Source: Callorhinchus milii
Lineage: Eukaryota
DNA length: 33,076 bases
Reading direction: 5' to 3'
NCBI RefSeq assembly: GCF_018977255.1
Contig: NW_024705587.1
Span: 1 to 33,076, forward strand
Below, one piece after another: positions 22,801-33,076 of the stretch (positions within the stretch are counted from its first letter, which is position 1; each line of letters opens with the position of its first letter). A program made the translations under genes and the position numbers. The notes below the pieces were generated by a model. It was not told the DNA's origin, ran no database searches, and saw nothing but the letters and a program-made list of their open reading frames with translations.

Positions 22801-25800
22801 ACTGCTATTGACCCCGAACGTGACGTCCACGCAGAATTGCCTGAACTTTATTTCGCCCTAAGCTGTTGTTAAACGTCTTGTACTCTAATGCAGAATATAG
22901 CGCTTGTCAAATGGTCACACACCTTTACCTTCACGCCGCTCGCGCGTTGGAACCTAGGTTGATCAAGGTGTACTGAAACGCTCACGCTATGCCCCACACA
23001 ACATGGCCCGGGAACTAAGTGTCGGCCGCACCGCTGTTTGCACGGTAGTTCGGCTAGGATGGAAGGCGCCTTACTTCGAACCACCGTCTATTCGTGCGTG
23101 ATTTTGAATATCTAGAGTAGAGTCTTATTCCACGAAAACGACCCCACCGACACAACACACAGTCGGCGTCGATCCGACCTGCAACGTCCAAAATCCATGC
23201 TCTCCCATGTGTCAGAACTTACTTAGGATTGAACTCTTATTATGGTTTTACCGGTGAACACTTCTCTACGGTGTCCACTCCCCGGGAGCTTATAGTTAGT
23301 CCTCCCATGTACGAATACCGCTAAGTTGTGAGCCAAGTATATTTATGTGGCGATACCTACACATTGAAGTGATGCCTTTGAATCTAATCAACCGTGAGTT
23401 CCTGAGTCAAAAGGATACATGTTCTAGTGAAGGTACACATTCTGAAGGGCCAGGGATAAGACGGAGTTCTAACTCTAGACCAGTTAGATACTTTGTTGGA
23501 TGCCGATGTTTATCGCCCAAGAGCTCACGTCGAGGTAGCCAGTCTATGTGCTGGCAGTCCAGCGATCGCTGGAATTTGTCAAGGCGAAAGCTGATCAGCG
23601 CACTGAACTGCCTTAGATAGCTCTCAAGAGGTCTAAAAACAACCGGAAGGAGCTATTTGACGGCATGAATGCAATCTGGAGGAAAAGTTCAACGTCCCAA
23701 TACCGAGTCTGGACAGGACTATCAGGAGGGTTCTTTCTAGGTAGTAATACACCGATGATGTGAGAGGACGTCGACCGGCGAACTAAAAGGCACCAATGAT
23801 ATGCACCGTTAGGAACAGAGGAATCATATATGTGGGCGAGTGAGCCGCGGTCTAACTTCTTATAAGGGTTACGTAACTCCGATTACTTTAAGCTTTCGCT
23901 ATGATTACGAATGAGCACGCTGGGGCGCGGCGATGGTGATCGGCAACTCGCGCATCAAATAACAGTGCAACCGTCCCCTGCACATCATTTGCGCGCTTTG
24001 TCCGTCCGTGTCATGCCACACGACTTCAGGTCCCACTTGGTGGTGAGTAACATTCAGCGCTTAGAGAATAGACTAAAGGTCGTGTGCTGGAAAAAAGTGC
24101 GCGCATGGTACGCCTCCTCGATAGCGAGGACCAACGGTTGTATGAAAACTTATGCCGGCACAAGAGGGAGGGCGACATGACTACGTCGCAAGATCCTGTC
24201 GCCAACTTATTGGCACACTATTCCCCGGGTATCGGGTATGTGTCAACCCTGTCTGCACCGAGTAGCCTTTTCACGCTTGGGTCGAGATATCGATCGGGCA
24301 GAAAAGTCTTCCACGTCCGGGTGACAATGGACTAACTAAGTGCCTCGATCGAGCCTATTAAACCCACTTGCGCCCGCTGCTAGTGGTTTTTAAGTATCAT
24401 GTTGCTACGACTCCGGGTTCCCGTACAAAGGGAATCTGGTGTGATAAGCGGCCGCAGAACTTAAGACGACCTGGGTCGCTTTGCTCCTGCCGTGCGTGTT
24501 AAGTATACTGAGTACAACCGCAGACCGCAGTTCACTCGGCCGAAATTCACCCTTTGACATGGAGGCCCGGGACGAGACCTCGTGCAATCCGGATCGTGCG
24601 CTCCATATCCGTTTTATTCACGATCATCTTTTCGGCTCTATCGTAGCCGGATCAGCTGAGGGAAGTCCACGCCGACCCAGTCAGAATGATAACTGTGGTG
24701 GAATACTATGATAAATATGGCATACCTCCGGGATGTATATTAACCCTGAGCAGGTGCACCGCGAGCGCAAAGAAACAAAGGGTTTGCGTGATGCAAACAT
24801 CTCGTAGAGATGCGCATGACACACACGACCGTCCGCCGTGAGTCAAGGCGCCTCATAATGCTCTATGGATCCCCGGTAAAAGGGGCTGGGTGGCTCATTT
24901 GGGCTACCACACGCACTACACGGTGTGGTCCATTGCAAGCCGCGTTTGGGCCTCTGCCAGTGACATCTGATCCTGGGGTATACACGGTTGGAGGGACGTA
25001 CCGTTGATACTGAGCCTTCACAGTATCGGGGGTTTATATGAGTACGCCTACTGATACCTTCTGGAAAAGAGGTCGAAGTGGCGCGCTACACCCCTTTCAC
25101 TCAATACTAAAAACGTCGCCGTCGGGCCTTTTGCATCTATGCACCTCATGTAATCGACAACGAGGAAGTTATGTTGCTGGGTATAAAGTCAAAGGTATGT
25201 GCGTCATACGCCGAGCAACGGGCGTGAGCCGCGATCTCATGCTTGTGCATGGGGCAAAAAAACATAGTTGATTTTGCTTCAAAGTGACAGGGTTGCCTGT
25301 CGATCGCTCGACCTTTGTGGAACGCGGATCCTGCTTTATGATAATCTACCTATACGTGTGTCATCTAGAAGCTGTCATGCGTACGCGCGAAGGGATCCTA
25401 GACTAAATTAAACGTTCTCATTCGAACAGACGGACGATCGAACTGTGCAAAACTGTTGAGGGTAAGGGACGCTCAACAACCTGCGAAGAGATTTTAGCCT
25501 GGGAGCGGAAACATCTCGAGTCAGATTCCCAGAACCCCTGCCTCGCCCACTTTCACTCATCGGATGAGTACTTGCTCTCGTCTCAAAGCCTGGTAGTTTC
25601 AGCGCCCTGTGGGCAGTAGGAACAGAGGCGTGCTAAAGCCGTAGCTCTAGCTGAGTGAAAAGGTTCCCCAATAAGCAGGAGGTGCACGTTTTCCGTAGCC
25701 ACGGCGACCCGCTATTCGACACGGGTATTTGTCAGGCGTCGCTTTCCTCATCGGTGTCAGCAGGCGAAAATAGGTGAGGTGCGCGCTGCTCTACCACGAT

Positions 25801-28800
25801 TAACGCATTCGAGGTTTATTTATCAGTGATAGTTCGATACTGCGTGCAGACGCATAAAGAAGCATTCGTCGACATTCTACAGGAGCGATGGTCACCTATA
25901 CGGTGGTATATCTCTACGATGTCGTACGTGTGCGCCGCACCTGCTTATCAACAAAAAATAATTAAAAAGATGACGAGTGTGCTCGGTAACTCTCCGCGGA
26001 AAATAGTGTACTGAACTCAGACTAACTTCTACCGATCGTTATGGGAGCATCTGCTATATTGACGGGGTTGTTATAGAATCATCTGACAGGGTCTATAGAT
26101 TCCACCTTCAGGGGGGGTGCTTGCAAGGACGCATATTAATGCCGACGACGAGAATTTTGTAGGAATTACGCAATTTCGTCAATGCGTACCCATCGCCCGG
26201 GAATGATGACTTGCAACAGAACTGTCGCCATAGCATAAATCACCCCTGCACGTCAAACCTTATTAAAGTTGAACCAGTACCAAGAAGCAACTACTCCCAT
26301 CTAAGAGTTACGCAATTACCGAAGCTGTATCTGGTGCTGATGAGGCAGCATTTAAAGATGTATTCTGGTTCCTCCTTATGTTAACCCAGCGGAAGGAAAT
26401 CACCGAAATATCTAGCCCGGATCAGGGAAGTACTATACAGGTCACGCTAGAGCAGGATACGAACTGAGGCCCAGCAGGGGAGAATTTCGGTTCGTCCATA
26501 AGTCGAATTTTTAGCCGGTAACTGTACAGACCTCCAATGCCAGGTTGAGCTGAGATAATAGACTCGAGAACCTAAGACTCGGTCGTAACCACGGGTCTTT
26601 TTCTCCGAACTCGCGAGGAGAGGAAAATCAGAGTGTTCTCCAAACATAAGGTTTAAGTACAAGATAAGTAGCCGAATGGCACCAACTTTCTGACGAGGAG
26701 TAGCCGGCAAGCATCGTACCACGTTGGGATGGCGCCGAGCCGTCCCTGCAGGCTCGAAGGTCGCGAACGGCCGAATGTTGAGATGGAAAGTGGGCGCTGT
26801 AGCGCAGCTTCAGCGCACGTCAATTGGTACTACCTTATGGACCTGGTCTTTAACGCTATCCGTAGTGGATTAGAAGTGGCGTGAGGCCCCGCGTGTAATA
26901 TTTGATTAGGGAAACACGGGTTAAATGTTATTCAAATACCTGTTGCTCGGACCAGCGTTATGTTCAGGGCGTTGCGGATTATCGCTTGTGATGGGGTATG
27001 ACGAGGCCTGAAATGCTGGAATTGATCAGGACTATTGACCGAAGGTGAAGATTTTGGATGAAAGTAGCAAAAGTTGTGTAAGTAGGAATAGGAAGTGTTT
27101 GGCCTCGAGAGAAAACGGAGCCACCGTGAGATGGACAACTCCGAAGCTGTTACCGTAGGGGCCGGGAGAAAATTTCGCGTTCGCCCAATAGACTGATCGA
27201 GCGGTGTTAATCTATGAGCTTAACAATTTACAAAAGGGCTCTCGGAGGTTGCGAATTCTATAATCCGGTTGGAAACACTAGGGAATTTAGGTCGGTGAGC
27301 CCATGATACCTGAACGTAAACCCCTGGGCAAACTACCGCTTGATGGGCTTGCCCGTTACACGAGTCCTCCGCAAATAGAGGCCATAGCTAAGCATCCAAT
27401 TCGGTGCGTACATTAGGAAGGATAGACGGCCAGCCCGTTCGGTGAAGGCATTCACCGCTAAATAACGAAATCTAAAGGCAAGACCTAGATAACAATCCGA
27501 TTGGTCGGGACCAGATACGCCGCAGGTTAAAAGAGATCAAAGGCCATTCGGTACCCCATCTGATTGGCACTTCTATGGCCTCCTCCCTCCTCTCTGAAAT
27601 TCGGTAAAACGAGTTCCATCCGCATGGATATGCATTTAGCCTTGATGCCCTTTGAAATTGGCCTACTTGTGGCTGTGCTTTTAGCCCTTTGACGGCGCAA
27701 GTTCATAGTTAGACTACTACCCTGACTTTAAAGTCCAGCGGTATGATGGGAGGAGAATAATACTTGACCTAAATGACTTTGGCCACTAATAGTTGGAGAG
27801 GCTAGCCCATTGCGGATAAGTGTGAAGGAACAAACGACTCTGCCTCTTTAGACGATAGCCACTAAGACTGATATGTTGTAAGCTTAGCAGATGGAGACTC
27901 TCACTAGAGATAAGGTCAATATAGTCTCCCATGGCGATGCTTGGTTGATGGGACCACATGTAGCTACTCAACCCGGAATCCTTTTCGTTCTAGGTGGTTT
28001 AAATGGTAGCATTAATCAAGAACAATCGGCCGTCTATACCATGGACCGTAACTAACCCTATTTGCGCCTTATTGGAAAAGTGTCTATCAGGGGTGGTAGA
28101 ACTGCGCCGCTATGACAGAAGAAAAGGACTTTTCCAGGCGCGACGGTTCATGCCAGATTCGAAGCCTGGTGCGCACAATCTTCTCACGGGCTCTAGCTCC
28201 GGGTAACATGCGTAGTGACCGCATTCACATTGGGAATGGAGACAGCGGTCACTGAACCCGAATCAGAAAAAGAGCCTGTCGCCACTTGTATGCATATCGA
28301 TTTAAAATGTTAATACTACCTTACCATTCAATGTCTCAGCCTTGACATGCTTTACTCTCGCTGTAGAAATTGCCCGGTAACATGCTTTGCATTGCTTTAT
28401 CCCGTATCTTTTGAATCCGTCTTACCTACAGTTCGGGCTGATACGCATTGAGCGGTTAAGAATTATACGCGCGAAATTTAAGGACACTCTCGCGTGTGTG
28501 CCCACTAGGATATCGGTGCAACTTGGGAGGGCTATGGGGAAGATAAAATTAGTTTAGAATCTATACACCCCTGATGTTGAGTGAACCCCGCCTCTTGGCA
28601 TATAGCTGTCGGCGACGGCCGCAGATAAACGCGCCGCATGCGGGATACGGTCTCTTGCGAGGTGATATTGCTGTAGGAAGGGATCCAGAAGCATCCCCCG
28701 AGCGTTGATACCATGCTTTAGGGATGTAGACTTCGGGGCAGAGGTGCGTGGGTTGGCCTACGTGCCGGACCCGACGATCAATCTGCTAGACATCATGTAC

Positions 28801-31800
28801 GTACTGTCGTAGCCGGTGTTAGTTAGGGGCAGGCCACCACAGGTTAGGCGCTTAGGACTCGCTGGCGAATCAACTGGTCAGTATGCCTCGCGTACTTTGG
28901 TAGAACTAGGGCGACGAAAAAAATTTAGATTGTCAACAAAGCAGCTGCCGATGGAGTACGAGGGACGAAGACGAAGATAGCAACCCCACTAGGACCGTAA
29001 GTGCTTGTCGACACACTAGGTAATCATTTGGGCGTAGCTAAGGTGAATCCTGTATAGCACTCTCACTCGTCCTTTGAAGCCGTACGAGGCACCTACGATC
29101 GAGCGGACTGTGACGTCTACGCTCGACACACGGGTTTATTCGCCGTTTATCCTGAATAAGGGATGATTGGAGAGGGTCCTATGTGATCATATTTTAGTAG
29201 TTATGAAGGGTCCCTAAAATAGTTATGACTTCAGATCGACATTCGTTACTGAGCCCTAAGAGCGCCCATTAAAATTGTCCGAGCCTGGATCGGTAGAGGA
29301 CTTTGCTATCCACTTTACGCGACAGCGGTCAGCAATAAAGAGGTTTCGCTAAAAGGGCAAACATTAGATTATATTGCAGCCAACGATGGGCGGGGGGATA
29401 CGTACACTCCTTTCCTGAGGATACATAGTAACGCGAAGTCACAAACTAGCTTATTCGGTTTGCGAGTCGTCACATGGCGCCACAGCCCAGACTATACTTG
29501 TGGTTAGCCCCTAATAAGCAACTTGCAATGCTGTTGCCGAGCTTCAGTTATTCAAGAATGAAACCAGATGTTGGTAGTACCTGGATTACGGACCCTTGAA
29601 TGCTCTCTAGGGGTATAGTACTCACCCACCTAATTCAGAACATATCTAAGAATTTCACAGGCATGTAACGTGTTCAGACCTGCGACTCTGGCTTAGGTCA
29701 CGCACATTAGATTCCACTGAGGGCTGTAAACACAGCTGGTCAGGAGGGCACAGATGTATAGCAAAGAACGGATACATTCGGATCTGCGAGATGACGCGAC
29801 ATGGAAGCCTGGGCACTTGGGGATACGCAACGACAGGGAAGTGTCTAGAGGTAGGGTATTATTCACGCATGTAGCCCCGCGAGGAAGTAACGGAGCAGCG
29901 GCCTGGTGGAATGGCAGCGTCTGGATGTAAATCCAAGGTCACGTCAAAAGATCTCGGCATCGTCACGCATTACCCTGCACGGAGCTGACTTAGTAGTAGA
30001 GCGATTGGAAGCGATCTACGATACTACGGCGGGAAGAGAAGGTATGTAAAACTTCCCGACTGAAGCGCGTACTATGAGGCGTTCTTGGATTCGACCAGAG
30101 TGGTGATCGGATAACAATAGTATCCCCGTCTAAGGGTGTTTATATATGCTTAGGAAATATTTCTACTCCTTTTGAACGAGGCTTGACTCTTCTGGAGGTG
30201 GGTTCAGAGAGCCCGTTGATTACGTGGCGTCAATCAAAATGGCTGCATACCTTGGTACTTTTGCGGTTAGACCACTCTGGTTCAAGCTTTGAGGGAGAGG
30301 ATGGAACCGCGCTCTTAGCCTATTGACGAACGTGAGTTGTAGAAAGCCAACGGGCCACATCATAAAGGGCTACCGCCTGACAAGCAGGTTGTCCAGCTTG
30401 CTCACCTGAGGAAAGGTCTACAGATAAAGGGCCAAAGCTAAACTTTCGGAAGTCTTGCGTCCAGTTAGCGTGTACACAATTGTGAAGTCCCCCGGTGTTG
30501 GAAGCTGAGGTTTCTTGACGTAGATCTAAAAACTTTCCCATTGATCTAGTCTCAGACAAGATCACACTGTGTTAATCTGGCATCAGCGTTTAAATTCGTA
30601 TATACAGATGCTGTACGGACAGTTATAATAAGCGGGTTACCTGGTAGGAACCTCGTGAGTTGGATTCAAATCCGGGCCCCTGCAATTCCTCTGCTATGTG
30701 CGCCAGACCGAACAAGGTGTGGATTGAATGGGAGTTGTGCCCATACGACCATGACGGGTTAGTCGCGTAATCTTTCTATCCTGTTACCAACATTACTTTA
30801 CGCCCACAATGGTGGAAGGCATCGTATAAGCTAGACTATAGAGCTCAAACATTAGGCTCATTATTGGCAATCCTCTGCTCCACTCGGCTAGCAAATTGTC
30901 GACACGTCTTAACGCACATTTGGATAAGACCGCTGTCAACAAGGCTGAATTCTCAATAGCAATGCAATTGCGTCTCTATGCCTATTCAACTACCACATAA
31001 TGAATCGATTTTTTAGAGGACGGCACTTTGGACACACTTATAGGTATGTGGTGTTTTCGACTCATATACCCTTGCACACGTGCCCATTTTCTATTACCAT
31101 CGTGGTTTTCTGTAGCGGTGGTATGTAGGAGCGTATATATGTTTGTACCACTTCGCCGTACTATGCACTTCGCGCTCGCTACCCCCTATATTACGTCTCC
31201 AGCAGCTTTGGGGCACACGGGAGTACGTTCTGTACTGAACTATTGAAGATAACCCTCATCTGGATTCCACTTCCATGTCGTTTTCTCCCTGAGACGACGA
31301 GGGGCTATGTACCAACACTTACTCCTCACTAAGGTTGGCGTGGCGACTACGAGGCGAACGTAAATCCAAAAGGATAGCAATATTTTGACAGTCGATTTTT
31401 TTCCCTCGTGAATAGGCTCGATCAATTATTTGTACTTAGTTGTAATCTTAATAACGCGCCCTGGGCATGAACAATAAACTTAATACCGGTTGGAAAAGAA
31501 TCTTAGCATTTGGTGTTAATGATAGGACGTCATAGCTCAAACAGCGGCGAACGCGGACAGCGGACGGAAGAGACATCCAATGGCCAAGTGGAACGTCCCT
31601 GCTGCACTCTTTACGGCGATAGTAAGAACGCGTTATGTGTGATGCCGGCACCAGACAATGTGCAAAACGGAATGTATGAAGGCTAATCGAAATTAATGGC
31701 GCCGATTTTTTTTTGAATAGGCGTACACTGGGGCGGGAGCAACGTCTAGTACGAGGGGCCAATTCCGCACCTTTATGAAATAGGTTTTTAATTGCATTAG

Positions 31801-32270
31801 GCAAGTCACTCTCCGTTAGTGCGTCCATCATTCGGGGAGGGGATGGTCGGCCCTCATGCGCGAAACCTCCTGTATTCTTATGACCTGGTGTGAGCACATT
31901 AGCCAAAGTGAACTCATATTGGGAACTATGGAGATAAATATACGAATGCCGGGTATCCATCAGAGAGTACATGTAAAAGATTCCCACTAAAGTTTATTAA
32001 TCCTATATCAGACCTGAAATGCGCCGTATCGCTAGCGACCTAAAGAATCTTCACGACATGACAGACACCCACTACCATTGTATGCATGTTCAATAGAGAC
32101 ACTTAAGCTACTCGAGGGCCTGGTACGAACGTCGGTCAGATCTGGGCCAAACCCTTTCTAGCTGCTACGTCTGGTAATTTCTAAGACACACAGTAGAAAC
32201 GCCAGTTAAAGATGCAATGAAGAAAAATGCGTTACTAAAATTCATAATGTACTTAACGTTCTATCGAAGA
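19818..32270. other. Featureless random-like sequence; no annotatable element (boundaries approximate)
   Basis: Roughly even base usage by eye. No microsatellites, SINEs or long homopolymers and no recognisable protein motifs; the longest ORF is 179 aa. Confidence 0.75.
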
Positions 32271-32368
32271 TTATCGTGTCGCTTGCTGAAGAACCTGTCT
32301 GTCCCCTTCTACTGTAAGACTGCAAAGAGTGGAGTCTGAAATCAGCTTGTGAAAGTCAAAGTGCTGCA

Positions 32369-32781
32369 ATGAGCCCATCCCTCATCAAACAAGAACCGGA
32401 GAATATCCCAGCTTGGACACTTAAAGGTATCGAGGTGGAATTTGAAGAGGTGAAGTTGGAATGTGAAGAAGTGATGGTGAAGAGCGAAGAAGTGAAGGTA
32501 AAATGTGAAGATGAAGATTCAACTTTAAAATGGGACCTTCACATCGATGGAGGCAACGTGAAGCAGGAGGAGATCTGACTGAGGCAGAGCGAGGCAACTC
32601 CCAGCAGTTTGTGGAAGTGGAGGTGTGGGTGGACTTCCTCTGAGACAACACAAAGTGAAATGGAGACCCGGTATATGTGTAAGCCAGAGACGATGTCGCT
32701 CCAATAGATGCACCCTTGTCACAGGCCTTTAATGAAAAGAATGCGAAGTTGAACACTCAGTTCCTAGGTTCCACCTGCAGG
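32369..32781 (+). pseudogene. Decayed acidic exon resembling the N-terminus of fish/lamprey-type C2H2 zinc-finger proteins
   Basis: MSPSLIKQEPE...EEVKLECEEVMVKSEEVKVKCEDED...VKQEE. Protein-like sequence continues after a frameshift near 32572 (DLTEAERGNSQQFVEVEVWVDF) with three stops, ending at a strong donor CAGG|gtaaga. No zinc fingers lie within the window. Confidence 0.45.
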
Positions 32782-33076
32782 GTAAGAGCAGCCAGTCTTT
32801 GTGGACCTGTGTTTTGGGTAGATCTCTAACCAGGAGCGAGAGCCAATAAGCTCCCAAGCATTCACTATGTTCTCATCATAATTGCATTTACATGGCGCTT
32901 GCTTAATCGCCTCTGGCAACTCTGAGTTTTGCATCGTATCTGGTCTCAAACACTCGAAACATCCCCAAGTGGCAGCTGCCCCTGTGTGGCACAAGGTGGT
33001 GGCCCTGCAGCCGGCCTGCGTGTGGACAAGAGCCTGTCAGTAGGGGGCGATGGTTGATGTGGCATCTCAGTTGTGG

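Noticed and set aside
28214..28253. 9-bp inverted repeat agtgaccgc/gcggtcact
   Set aside because: About one such stem is expected by chance in 12 kb, and there is no supporting context.
31448..31987. 179-aa ORF in the random-like block
   Set aside because: No motif or codon bias; its length is compatible with the longest chance ORF in 12 kb over six frames.

Overview
Eukaryotic, vertebrate-type genomic DNA. It is probably lamprey, inferred from very GC3-rich exons, abundant CpG, a V-SINE fragment, a tRNA-Arg-like SINE family and Penelope/RTE fossils. The window has three parts. (1) 1-19787 is natural, repeat-rich sequence with a VEGFA-like gene on the + strand: exon 3 at 2009-2205 (197 bp, as in human VEGFA), exon 4 at 5355-5430 (1 nt short) and a remnant of the heparin-binding exon ending at 6621. 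An orphan, degenerate Hox paralogue-4 homeobox exon follows on the same strand at 7479-7741. A near-identical inverted duplication of at least 3.6 kb (1-3603 vs 13252-16893) places a second exon 3 antisense to the gene. The rest is satellites, SINEs, an RTE LINE 3' end, a deleted Penelope-like element and two LTR-like segments. (2) After a 30-N gap (19788-19817), about 12.4 kb (19818 to about 32270) looks like featureless random sequence. I can support no feature there and suspect it is synthetic or shuffled. (3) About 32270-33076 returns to natural sequence with a decayed acidic IKQE/VKxE exon typical of C2H2 zinc-finger protein N-termini. The best novelty candidate is the VEGF/Hox4-exon juxtaposition inside an inverted duplication. 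No prokaryote-type system such as CRISPR is supported.
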